Counted from the first letter of the stretch, positions 39,354 through 51,860 are shown. The stretch is DNA of 64,000 bases from Lobosporangium transversale (GCF_002105155.1 NW_019028994.1:620001-684000); one strand, 5' to 3'. Notes: generated by a model not told the origin, from the letters alone. Numbers and translations are program-made.

Positions 39354-40067
39354 GTGTCTATATGGTGCACAGACGTCGCATTTCCGGATACTAAGCCATT
39401 CAAGATCGTCAATCAGAAGTTTGGTGACACTAATCAACTGATGATAGGGAGCGTGCTTTGGAACGCTCTCTCGACGTTAGCAGTGGTGCTTACGACTGGA
39501 AAGGTAATTGTAGGCCCACACAATTCCTTCTTTCGTTCTCATTGCAACTCACGCTTGTGGTTCAAGAAGGGTGCTGGAAAGGACATGCGCAACAACGTTG
39601 TACGCCAGACACGGACCAACTTTGACGACATTATCACATATGGCAAACATGCAGCAGTCCACCCGCGCTTTCTTATGTTTAACGCCAAACCAGTGACCTT
39701 GGCGGACCTTTGGACATTCAAGGCGTCGACGCATGGATGGTCAGGGCTTAAAGTTGCAGCATTTGTCTTCAAGAAATTGTTCAATAATTGTGGAGAGCTC
39801 TTGAGATCTGAGGTTGAAGAGCGTCTTGCGATGGTTAGGCGAGATAAGGGTGACGATAGCGATGATACAGAAAGCGATCGTGGCATTCGCAATAATTTGC
39901 AGCGCCTTGTCGACGTCATGGAAGAGAAGGAAACCCGGCCAGTGAGTGTCAAAGTCGACCGAGAATTGAGGGGCCTCGCAGATAAAGCGAACAAGCAGCT
40001 AAGAAAAATCAATCAGACCGTTGTTATAGCACAAGTAGAAAGAATATTGGAAGGCATGCTTCATTAA
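39354..40067 (+). CDS. Orphan ORF (237 codons), probably the 3' part of a captured gene
   Basis: Long open frame with protein-like composition and a coiled-coil-like C-terminus. No ATG start. Possible in-frame intron 39319-39372 just upstream. Confidence 0.45.
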   Translation: MSIWCTDVAFPDTKPFKIVNQKFGDTNQLMIGSVLWNALSTLAVVLTTGKVIVGPHNSFFRSHCNSRLWFKKGAGKDMRNNVVRQTRTNFDDIITYGKHAAVHPRFLMFNAKPVTLADLWTFKASTHGWSGLKVAAFVFKKLFNNCGELLRSEVEERLAMVRRDKGDDSDDTESDRGIRNNLQRLVDVMEEKETRPVSVKVDRELRGLADKANKQLRKINQTVVIAQVERILEGMLH

Positions 40068-40245
40068 TATATTTTATTGTATTACTTGCTTTGCAAACCT
40101 TTCGCCTCGAGGAGAGAAGTGTAGAGACAAAAAGATGACGGAAAGGAATTTAACCATTCGCTTTCTTTGCATGAATAGAAACAGCTTTCCCTATTGAAGC
40201 CTAGTACAAACACCTTTATTCAAGTCCACTACAGAAAGAGAGTCT

Positions 40246-43200
40246 TTAACTCCTCAGCTTCTTGGAGCACTCACCTTCACCATTGCTGTCGCTGTCATCA
40301 GCCGAACGTTTTCATGCATTCTTGAGTCGATCAATAAACTCTACATGCTCCTTGGGGAAGACGTTACCAAAGTTGTCATCGCTAATATTGATCACCACTT
40401 GTTGCACACCGCTAGCATCCTTTGGAAGCTCTGAGGATGCTGGCAGTTTGTCTGTCCACTTTGTAGGATAAGCAATGATCATGTTGATGTAGACATTTTC
40501 AGGGCAGTACTCGCGAAAGTTCTCAGCGTGACATTCAATCTTGGGAGCCGAGACCGTACTGAGTGCATCGTTCCAATCAGCCTCTGAGAAATTCGACGAC
40601 CCCTGATGCAGCTTCATCTAAAACAATAAAGATGAAGACGGTTGAGATAAGAAGAATGTGCGAAAGAGATTTGTTCAAATACCAAAAGATTTTGCCTTGA
40701 AGTACTCACCTGGACAAAGACTGGAAAAATTCTTTCATTGTCAACACGGATGAAAAAAACGAGGTCTGGTCCCGATGGCTTCGGCTTGGGGAAGAAAAAT
40801 GGCGCAACAGGCACGCTGTTGCGTTTTGAATTGTTGTTGACATGAGCGTCCATAAACTCCCCCATCGACATCATCGCATGTGTCGTACCTTGCTCGAGTC
40901 CAGGCTCTTTCCAGCCAACAATCTCCACGTTGCCGACAAGAGCCGGACACATCTTAGAAATTTTGGGGCTATGCGGCCACTCTGCTAGAGGTCCTCTGTT
41001 GAACGTCTCACTGAAAACCTTCATCATAAACCGCTCAAACACACATCCTTGCTCAATAGGTGTCGCCTTGATCATACGTTTTGAACCTCTCTTGCAAAGT
41101 AGGGATCAATGGCTGCGAAATAATTCTCAACAGCCTTGGAAACGAAGGGCTCGTCAATAACGGTAACGGCCCGACCTCGAATAATCTTGATCCGGCCAAA
41201 CGCATGTTCGACCAAAGAAGGGTCTACCTCTTTGAGGATAAGGTCATGATTTCCAAACATGCAACGCTGGTACATTAGGAGTCCAAGCATGCTGTCGATA
41301 GACTCCACGAGCTTATCCTTGTATCTGTTGTACTTGTCTGAAAGGCGCGAGATCTCGTAACAAATGTTGCCTTTGATGTGTCGATTCGCCCATGACACCA
41401 GTCTGCCCTCTGCATCCTGGATAGTCATCTTCCATGAACCAGGGTCATTGCATTCAATAATTCTCTCTATAAAGGAAGAAACATTAAAGCCAAAAGTTGT
41501 AAGCATTTGTGCATCAACTCGAGATCATCTTATCAAATCTTCTTTCTTCGTGGCCATCTCACGTTAACATACCAATTGCTGTTATGGCTGGACGAAATCG
41601 GCCTGCAAACTTTTCGAACAACATGTCCACCGCGTCCTGAGGAAGGTATTCAGATAAAGCCAGCCTTGATTTTTCGTCTGGCAGACACTTTTCCGCCCGC
41701 GAAATGTACGACTTGATCGACTCCTTGCATTTCCATCCAGGAAACTCCATGTAATCAAAAGCGGTGGAGTTGTCCTTCAGTCCAGAACCAGAGCTCTGAA
41801 CCCAGAAAAGTGTTGCAATGCTGAGTCCAGTCCCACATGTAACAAGCGTGAGCTGCTCATGGCCAATGTCTCGGAAGGCGTGCAGAATTGGGGAGAGAAC
41901 TGGACGCGGAGAAACCTCGGAGGACATTGACTGGAAAGAACCAATGAACTGATCACCAAGGAACTGTGCCTCATCGTTGATGACGAGAAGCCTGGTACCA
42001 TCCTTGATCTTCGGTAGACATCCGCGCTGAATAAGTCGGTCCTTTGTGTCCTCATATACATTGCGGACATAATCAGAGAGGTCGAGAATGCTGTGATTTC
42101 GAAGTTGAACAACTTTGATGTAAAGCTCATTAAACATGTCCTTGAACAAAACATGTGGACATACTTGCAGCAGAGCCCACCGTGCACTGTTGAATGTTTC
42201 ACTGCTGCCAGGAGCCCGAATACAGTATTTGAAGATGAGAAGGCGAGATAGAAATAATAAGAGTGTCGTCTTCCGCGCAAAGAGGTTATTAAGCTCAAGA
42301 TCCACCATAGCAGAGCTTGCCTCGACTTCCTTCAGACGATTGCGCACAGTGTTGAAAAGTGTCATCATATCGCCGCTGCCCCAGTCGTCATCAGCATTGA
42401 AGTAGAACCCCCAATGCTGAGAAAGGAGCTCGATCACAGCGCGAGTCTTACCACAGCCTACGGAATAGAGGTTGTTGGGAACAATTAATGTCATGCTTCA
42501 GAGACCTATGCTGATATCTAATAGCTCCATTTACCATGTTGCTTACCAGAGACCCCAAAGATAGGAATATTGTATCGGTTATTCTCTTTGACAAGCTCGA
42601 GAATGGATCCAGCCGTAAGATTCCTTGATGTCGAATCAGTATGGAAGGATCAGGCAAGTCCATGAAGAGTAAGCTCGGACGTTCAGGAGAGGCTTTTCCA
42701 AGACCGCGACGCCATGCTCTAGGCAGCCCTTGAATAGTTCCGTTTGTGGTTGGAAGCTGTCCTTCGCCCTTAACAAACGCATCGAGGAACTTGACTACAT
42801 CCGATCCTGGTGCAAAGAACTTGTCCGTGATTGTTTTGATGTCAGCATGGAGTTCACCTGTGGTGCATGAGAGGAGGGCAATGTTAGGACGTTTTTTAAA
42901 AAAAAAAAAAAAAGTACAGACACAAATGGACAGAAATGGATGCATTCCAGACAGCGGTGTACTGGGACGGGAGACATCCGATGAGTAGCCAGGAACAGGA
43001 GTTAATGAGCGAGAAGGTCCTGGTGCCTGCGCCACTAAAAGCAAAATAAGGGGGAGAGAGAGACAGAAAATAAAGTTAATCTGAATAAGCTCATGCAGGC
43101 GAAGATCAATCAACAAACGCGAAGAAAAAGACGCGTCTCATTACCTTGTGGAGGAGGGCGCTGGACAATGATGTGGATTGTTTTCTTGGGCGGCTTCTCA

Positions 43201-43471
43201 TCAAAGACATCAGAAATGTCGTCGGTGGGATCAAGCTCTGTTGGGGCATCAATCGCGCTTAAGAGAACGGGAATATGCTTGTTGGCCGCTATTACAGGGT
43301 GAGAAACGCCCCAAACGGTGAGCTCATCAGCATCAACATCTTGGAATCGGTTGGCCTTCTTGGCCTTGAGGGCATTCTTGAGGGCATCGAAGGCTCAATC
43401 TCGACAGAAAACGCGTTGGAGATTGACTCCCCATCAACAAGGCAAAACAGAGTGAAGAGATTGTCTGGCAT
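40246..43471 (-). pseudogene. CRN: Crinkler (CRN) effector: ubiquitin-like header + P-loop NTPase + PD-(D/E)xK nuclease-like domain; frameshifted
   Basis: MPDNLFTLFCLVDGE...DVDADELTVWGVS...KTIHIIVQRP header, spliced Walker A IFGVS|GCGKTR, Walker B VINDEAQ, C-terminal GPDLVFF...FVQMK. Frameshifts near 43390, 42640 and 41075, a GA splice donor at ~42947 and a probable premature TGA at 40312. Confidence 0.88.
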
Positions 43472-43573
43472 ATTGCGAAGCATTGAATAGGTAGAAAACA
43501 GAAAGAGAGATGATGAGGGAAGAAAAGAAGAAAGCGTTGATACTAAAAACAAAGAGAATAGGGTATCCCTTAA

Positions 43574-44549
43574 ACCGTAAGGTTTGTAGGACAAATTTGT
43601 CCAATTATTTTGGACTACTAAACCTATGTAAAAACATGAAAAATTTTTAAGTTGAACTTTATTTTTGAGTGTGAAAGGCTTTAAATCAGTTTCGATTGCT
43701 GTTAAAACAAAGAGGGACGTTGCACTTTTCACACCATGTTTGGGTTTTGTTCGTCCCGTGCGATGGGGCTCCACTATCTTTTGCTTCTTGGCGTGCGACC
43801 CAGGAGCACCATACACATATTGCACGCTCTTCATCTCTCAATTCCTGCCAATGACCATCACTCTCAAAGCGGCACTCAGGTAACTTGAAGTGTTTAGTTA
43901 CTCTTTGACGCTGTGTCTTCTTGACACTTGAGCTTCGAGTTTTGGTGTTCTCATGAACAGAATTGATGATACCCTAGACAAGCTTGCGTCGGAACTCCCA
44001 GTGTGTGCGAGTGGAGCCTGTTTTTAGGCTAATAATATAGGAGTTGACGATTGAGGTGTCCAACAACCAGAAAAAGAGGGGCAGCCAGTTGCGTCGTGAG
44101 GGTTGTTGGGTGTTATAATAGGACCTCAGTTGATCTGCAATATCGACCTCTCCCATGTGGTAATTGTAATCATCAACGACCTTTAGAATATTAAGGTCTT
44201 TTCTTGGAGCGTCGGGGTATCCTCCAAGTCTTCTTCCTCTTCTTCAATATCTTCGTTTTGTATTCTGCAGCGGCGTGGAAAAGACAAAGTAATGTCGAAG
44301 ACATTGTCCTCCATTTCCTCATAAGCACGGGCCACACTCAATGTCATTTGTGATGGAGCATTCATTGGTAAATGAAGTTTGGAATTCACTTAATTTGCGA
44401 GTTGATCTGAGTACACCGGTCTATGTAATTTTTTGCGCTCTTTCACTTTTACCCGGGTGTTGGGGGGAGGTGGCTTAATGAAAAAGCGAGAAAAACAAGT
44501 AAAGTAGAAAAAAAATAAGGTTATTGGACAAATTTGTCCAATAAACGGT
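43574..44549 (-). mobile_element. Internally deleted non-autonomous piggyBac transposon
   Basis: TTAA on both sides (43570-43573, 44550-44553). Ends ACCGT...GGACAAATTTGTCCAAT are inverted. Transposase remnants YNYHMGEVDIADQLRSYY...WLPLFFWLLDTSIVNSY, plus a Cys-rich tail (CVWC...CEKCNVPL) and an acidic N-terminal piece. Confidence 0.9.
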
Positions 44550-44684
44550 TTAAGGATAAGGAGGAAGGAGTGGCAAAGGCGATGAAAGAAGGCGTGGGAA
44601 TGGTACGAGAAAGTGGCTATGAAGGGTCAATGGAAAAAATGGTTTGCAGTGGCAAATCACTATTATTTGAGGAAATAAATAAAC

Positions 44685-44926
44685 ACTCTTAGACCACACG
44701 CATGTAGATGAGATCGCGTATGTTTTCCACGCTGCAATTTTCTTATTATTTTCTTGACGAGCATTTTTCAATCATGATAATAACACGTTCTTTTCTTTTC
44801 TTTTATTCATATCGTTACTGGCATAGTTTGCTGTCTGGCATAGTCCACATCAACAAGAAACATATTGTATTCTCGGAGCAGGAAGAGAAGGCGATCACGG
44901 CTGATGTCTTAGAATTGTTTTACACC
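44685..44926 (+). pseudogene. Internal fragment of an unrelated spliced gene
   Basis: GT-AG intron 44718-44826 joins LDHTHVDEIA|LLSGIVHINKKHIVFSEQEEKAITADVLELFYT. The fragment is truncated at both ends. Confidence 0.5.
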
Positions 44927-47347
44927 TACGCCTCTGGGATACTCAGTCACAGCAATCTAATCATGATTCGCATGGCCATTCAGCGTCGATCTATGACGTC
45001 AGGAGCTCACCGGATGGACAGCAAATAGCTTCCTGTAGTCGTGATGAAACAGTGCGCATATGGGATGCAAGGACAGGACAGTCCATCCATGTTTTACAAA
45101 TTCCCAATGGATACATAGAAGATATCAAGTATTCACCTGATGGTCGGTTGCTTGCTTCTTGTCATCATTCTTCACGTGTCTACCTTTGGGATGCTCGAAC
45201 AGGCCAAGTTGCCCATACCTTGGAGCTGCAGGACAGACAATACAATGAGGTTTATACCCTTGATTTCTCACCTATTGACCATCGAATTGCCTTTGGTCAT
45301 CGCAATGGAGGTGTGACTATATGGAACACACAAACAGGAGAGCTCATCCACACTCTACAGGGCCACAGTGAAGCTGTAGAGCGTGTAGTGTTCTCACCTG
45401 ATGGCCACCATCTTGCTTCATATGATGAATGGGGAACCCTTAGAGTCTGGATAGCTCATTCAGGTGGCCTTCATTATGAAGTGAAGGATGGAAAAAGGGA
45501 TGGCTATTCTATCAAATACACGCCTGACGGTCGAAAAATAGTGGTTAAACCCAGCCATTTCCTTAGTGAGCTGCTTGTACGGAACGCAGAAATGGGTGAG
45601 CTTTGTTATACAACATCTGAATATTATAGAGGTATAGGGCTATCTTCACCATGTAGCCAACGGATGGCTTGTGCCTGTGAGAATGAACAAATCGATGTGG
45701 TGGATATAGAAACGGGAGTTGTTTTGTATACTCTTGAAGGGCATACCAAGAGGATCAGAGAGATGGCCTATTCGGCTGATGGGAAGCACATTGCCTCAAG
45801 CAGTGACGATAGGACAGTGCGAGTGTGGGATGCAGAGACAGGCGAGTGCTTGTTAGTAATCCCATCGGAAGTTAGACGTGTTGCTACGCTTGTATGGAAT
45901 ACATCTGAAGAAGGCTACTTTCTGGTCACCGGATCTGAGGATGCCTCTGTTCGGATGTGGCAGATTGTGAAGGAAGGCGATCAATATCAGTGTCGGCTGA
46001 AATGGAGCACCAAGCAAACATTTCTCAATGCTAGCAACATGTATATTCAAGGTGTAGTTGGATTGAGCGCAGTCAACAGGAAGCTTCTGATGCAACAAGG
46101 AGCAATAAAAGAGCGATCCCATCCGTTGGTCATATATGAGGCATCCAAACAGATTCTGGCAGCATCACCAATGGGACACAATTCCAAAGCAGCCCCCAGC
46201 CAAGTTGATGATCATCAGGTCTCATCAGTAGAGATATCTTTGGAGACAGAAGCTTTGAGAGGAGGAACGCTGCTGACAACAATGACAGGAGCAAGTCAAT
46301 CGATCAGTGACTACCGATTCAAATACAGCATGTGCAGTGAATGTAGATTTGCGCATGTTATTTCGTGTAGACCTCGCTGCTAAAGAAGTAAATAAGCAGG
46401 GTGGCATTTCTAGAATAAAGAATAAAATCAAAAGGGTGTTTAGTAATTAGCCATCGTAGAAAATAAGAAAGCACTTGCAGTATGCGTACGGGCTTTTTTG
46501 ATGTCTTGGAGGTGTTTGCTTGTGTTCAACCCAACTTCATAATATTCAATAATTTTTTTTTTTTTATATTTATTTTTTCATCTTGGTGAGGAATTTGCTT
46601 TCTCTACTTGTGGAAACTGTTCACACTACATCCAATGTTGTGTTGTTTCTATTGGAGATAACCTTCCATTCCATTTAACTAAATTGTAAACATTTCATTA
46701 TTATCTTTGACATATTTTGTTGAGTACTTACACTTACAAAACTAGAGTTCAACGAAGGCCATTAGATCGCCACACTTGTGTCTGTCAGCCGCACACGAGG
46801 CGAGATATCTGTTACTTTTAACTTATTGCTCTATATTAAACACTGCTTAATGCAACTTTGTGTCGATGGAATCCATTGGATTTTCTTCAACACGAATAAG
46901 AAAATAATAAAATAAAAAGTAGATTGAGAAGAGATAAATAAGAAAAAGGTGCAAGCGGCCAGTTTATCCTCGATCAATGCTTCATATTGGGCGCCAATAT
47001 GGAGACAAAGTGTCAAGCGAAGTTCATGTCTGTATTACTTCATCACGTAACGGTGCCTCTCAATCAAGCCCTCCTTGTACTTGAAGAGAAAAAACAACGA
47101 TGGATCCATTCATGTAATCGATAGTTTTTCAAAAAAGCATTAACAACTTACAGACAAGATTCATTAGATTATCTCGGTAGAGCCGGTGTCAGCTGATAAG
47201 CATGAATGAGGTATACCTTAACGATGTAATAACAACGCTTGATAGGTGCACTAGGTATGATACTATAGCTAACTCTCCTCATTTTTTTTTATTTATTTAT
47301 TTATTTTTTTTCTTAATTTTATTTTTATTTTCAAGCAAATTTTTTAT

Positions 47348-47631
47348 TCAATCATCCCATTCTTCCTCTGCCACGATACCCGTATCAGGGACCAACGTAT
47401 CTCGATCCGCCTTTGATTCCTTGGCTGTCTCAAACATCCTCTCCATTGCCTTCTTCTTCCTATCATCCTCAGCAGCTTGTTGTTTACCCTGCAAAAACTT
47501 GTCTAGTGAATTTCCACCTGTCTGAGGAGTTGCTGGTGTTGCCGCAATGTGATGTGATACTAAATGGTATTTTATGATAAAAGAAGAATCAAAATAGGTA
47601 AATTAACAAAACTGCAGTCCTTCCTATTCCT

Positions 47632-47667
<36 letters not shown>

Positions 47668-48568
47668 TAGCAATAGCAACAATAATAAAAAGGGGGTTTT
47701 TTTTTTTTTTTTTTTTCCGGCTTACATGTTTCCATATCAGATGGGCACAAAGATATCTTCTTTCGCTGAATACCAGAGCCTGCGCCATCAAAGAAGTCTT
47801 TCGCTTCCATGCTTGCACTCTCAACATCATCCGTGTCTGGGAACAAGTCATCCTGGAAGTATTCCTTCTTATTCCTTGGAACGGACACACGGATGACCTC
47901 CACGCTATTATAGGTCAGACGATACATCTTGGCAAGTTCCAACTCTCGGACGTCACAATACTTCTTGGGCAAGTAAGCTACATCTTGTTGCAATGTCCCC
48001 TGTTCAAGACTGGCTACCTCTACAAACAAGCTCTTGTTCGGGGCATCTTCCTTCTTAATACCGACAAGGATCTCAAAGTGCTTCATGACTCGATCGCCGC
48101 GAGCGGATATTCCAAGAAGAGAGGTATCTGGATCATAATGTGGGACCAAGACCCCTGGAGAGTTGTCCATCGCCTTCTTATCGACTGGTCCGCTTGCAAG
48201 GTCATTAGAATCATACAACAGGATTTCACGTTGGCTACCCCTATTCATGAATGGATTGGTGGCTAGAGAATGTCAATTGCTGGATAATGGACAGAGAGAG
48301 AGAAAAAAAAAAAAAAAAAAAGAGAGAGAGAGAAAGAAGACCATACCTGCCAAAGCCAACACTCGCCACTAAATCAGACTCTCCAAGCCAAAGAACTCTG
48401 CAGGCTCGAAGACTATCATGACCAGGACCTTCTTGCAGCAATTGTCCCGATAATGCATCCCATATACGGATCTTCTTGTCCCTGCACACCGACACAATCT
48501 TGGTCCCTTGGTGATTAAATGCACAGCTAAAGATCTAATGAATGAAAAGGTCAAACTTTAGTACAGTC

Positions 48569-48605
<37 letters not shown>

Positions 48606-51600
48606 AGCAAAGTGGCATTTTTTTTTATTAGGATGTTATCTTGGAATCATACCACATCCTTATGACCTTTGATAGTCACCACCTCCTTTTGAGCTTTCAG
48701 ATCCCATAATCTCAAAGTAGGATCATTGCGATCCATGGAAGCTGAGAGGAGTACATCCTTTGCCTGTGGATGGAATTGGATCAACGAGATTTTATCCATC
48801 GTTGGGGACCCGAGAACCCACTCTGGCTTCGTCACATCGTTCTCATGATCAAGACCCTCCTCAGGAATGATCCAGCCCTTGATCTTGGCATCATCTGATG
48901 CAGTCACAAGCAAGTTATGGTTGAACGGGTCGAATTTGAAACTTAGCAAGTCTGAAGAGCAGACAAGGGATGGGACCTTGGTCACTCGTCCTGGCTCTGT
49001 AGTCTTCAAAATCCCAACGCGTCCTCCTGTAGCCTGGAGAGGAAGTGCCATAAACTTGGGGTTGACCTAAATCGAGTAGAGTGTAGATGCTTAGCATGAT
49101 TATGTTTATTACGCCAAAAATGACATTTGTGTCTAAAAAAAAAAAAAAGTCTGATAAATCTTCTCCTTTCCCCTTCTTACCTCAATCAGGTTGCATTCAG
49201 GAATGGCGCTGATACTCAGCCCTGAAATACTCTCGAAATGCTGGCTGATATGATAAGGCTTAAATGTTAGGAAGCGGAATTTGGATGTTTTATGGGTAGC
49301 AAGTCGAACTGCAGCAGGTGATCCAACATGAGTAGTGTTAGATGCAGACGAGGATGGTGAAGTTGAGCTCTTGGGTACTGATGCTGGTGGTGATTCAACG
49401 ACATTAGCTGTTGAAGTGGCGGGTTGAGGAACGTCTTCTGATGAAGATTTGCTCACAGCTGGTGTTTCGGAAGGTGTAGGTTCAGAAGCCTTATTGTCCA
49501 CCGCAGGCAACTGTTCCGGGGTAGTTGGTGATGCTGAAACAGTCGGCTTTGGAGAAGATGTACTTGAGGAAGTAGGTAGAGCTTGAGGCGGCGTCGGGGC
49601 TGGAGAACGAGAGGGTACCGATGATGCTTGCGTTGAAGTTGAAGTCGAGGCTGAAGCTGAAGTTGGATTTGAGCTGATTGATTTGACAGCTTGCTGCGCC
49701 CATGCTGGTTTTCCTGCCATCCCTGGGTCTAACGATACCCTTGGCACGGTTCTGTTCTCGCCCTGCAGCCACTCTGGTGCCTCGAGTCCCGGTGTGGTGG
49801 ATTTTGTTTCTGGGTAAAGATCCGCATGGAAATCTAGATAACTCTATTGAAAAATATGGAGCACATAAATATATATAAAAAGGATATTATCAGACATTGG
49901 CCCTTTGGACTTTTAGGAAAAAAGGAGAAAAAAAAGAAAAAGACAAGGGATGTCCAAACATACTCTTCGAGGAACGTTAACACTGACAGGCCAGAGACTG
50001 TTGTTATTGACGACCAAAATACGAGCAACTTCTGTCTGCATGACATTCAAGATTTGTTTTGGCACGAGGCCTGCGCCAGCAACGGGCGCAGGGACTGTAA
50101 ATCCAGTGCCCTCTGTCATATATGGAGCAGAGTCTGCAATCTCGACCCAATGAATCATGGTCTCGCCCCTTGAAGGAAGGAACATGATGGATGTATCCTC
50201 ATCATACAGTGGCAGTATGAATCCATTTGAAGAATCCTTATGCTTAAGTTCCAATGGTTTGCTTAGATCATCCGCTTTCCAGAGAGCTATCTCTCTCTCC
50301 CTCATGTTATTGAACCCAACTGTAAAAAGCAGATCCTTCTCTCCGATCCAGACAATACGCGATGAACGGCTTCCTACAGGGCCTTGGCCGGTCTAATATA
50401 GTTCAAAGCAAAGCAAAGCAAAGCAAAGCGCCCTCCTTCTATTTCAGCTATGTGTAATAGTGTACATGAAGGAAATGAAGTATTTTCCTTTATAGTATAC
50501 AACTAAGCTGAGCTTGGGGTAGCAGAGCACCATGTAGTTTACTTATCCTCACCTGGATAGGAGACTCGTTTTCTCTGGGGTTAAAGACTCTAATTTGTGT
50601 ATCTTTACATGTCGTAGCCAATTGTATTCCATCTGCTTTCCATGAAAGACTATAGACCTTGTTGGGATGCGTTAAGGCATAGGCCGGGGTAGAGAGTGTT
50701 GATCCGTGCTCATGGCCAGAGATATTCCAGATTTGGACCAGACTCTGTGAGGCTGTGGCAATGATCTAGAGAAAAATAGGTTGTTGGATTTGAAAATACA
50801 GAAAACTATTAGTACGAACTATATCTATACATTTTAACATAAACCCAAGCATTTCGATCCTTCAATTAAAAATGTGAGATGAGTTGACTTACACCTTGAG
50901 CCGTAGGGTGATGAGCAATTGTTTCGATGGCCTTGCCTGTTCCTGTCACGATTGTAAGTAGGAGTTGAGAGGTAGCCAAACCTTTATCATTGGATGAAAT
51001 TTGCCACACTTTGACCTGTTGGATAGAGAAAAAACCAAAAGACAAAAAGAAAAAGAAAAAAAAAAAAAAAAAAGAGAGAGAAGAGTAGGATGGTTATAAG
51101 AAGTTGTCTTGCTATAAATATCATACATTACTGACACCAAGGACAAGTCTGCATTATCTGCTGAAGACAAACGATCAAATCAATCATACCTCGCCATTCT
51201 CGGCTCCAGTGATCAACAAGTTGGCATCAAAGGGACTGAATTCCCAGTCGGAGACATTGGATCCATGGGCATTGAGCGAATAGACATTTTGTCCGACACG
51301 TCCTGCGGGTCCCACAGGGAGGATACCGACGGACCCGACTAAGGAAAAAAAATAAAAAATAAAATAAAAAATTAAAATTAAAAAAAGAAGGTCGTTTAAG
51401 CATCTCGCACGTTAATCCATGACGATTAATTAAATAACAAATATTTTTAATTTATTACCTCCGCTTTGCTGCTTGAATGCAATCCATGACTGACTGATCT
51501 TTACTAATTGACACGAGTCTGTTGAGGCATTGGTCGACAGCTTGAGATCAGTATAGGCATCCTTTAGAAGTAATATTTTTTAAATAAATAAATAAAAAAA

Positions 51601-51723
51601 AAAAAAAAAAAAAAAAAAAGTAAGTATGGTTGACAGAGAGGATTGAGACTCTACTGTTGCCTTTGCAAAAAAAAATATAATACGGGATAAGTGTAAAGAG
51701 CAAGTTGCGTAGAAGAATGGATC

Positions 51724-51754
<31 letters not shown>

Positions 51755-51860
51755 TAATAATAACAATAATAATAATAATAATAATAAATACCTCATGTTT
51801 AGCTGCCTTTCCAACGGCGTTCCTATACTTTGAAAAATTGGCAAATAGTTTCCGCGACAT
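47348..51860 (-). CDS. CORO7: Tandem coronin (coronin-7/POD-1 type) with C-terminal acidic-Trp motif, multi-exon
   Basis: Two coronin propellers (SKYRNAVGK...; SKFRFLTFK...; LPLYDEDT / VPHYDPDT; DFHADLYPET / YFQDDLFPDT) separated by a Ser/Pro/Thr linker. Ends ...AEEEWDD*. Confidence 0.88.

Larger units (their letters stand above)
36390..46383 (+). pseudogene. Disrupted paralog of the 3268-9328 Arm-NACHT-WD40 gene (5' part 36390-39292, 3' WD40 part 44927-46383)
   Basis: Colinear with copy 1, including intron position (~38139-38249). 1-bp frameshift near 37766. Homology stops after LIDVLGL (~39292) and resumes at tacgcctctgggatactc (~44927). Confidence 0.9.

Noticed and set aside
39293..44926. 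Terminal repeats or Helitron ends for the whole insert (taagatatc vs taagacatc on the reverse strand)
   Set aside because: Only short chance-level matches; no TC...CTAG termini, hairpin or TSD seen.
46700..47270. Possible decayed gene or TE remnant between NLR2 and coronin
   Set aside because: No ORF with a recognisable motif.
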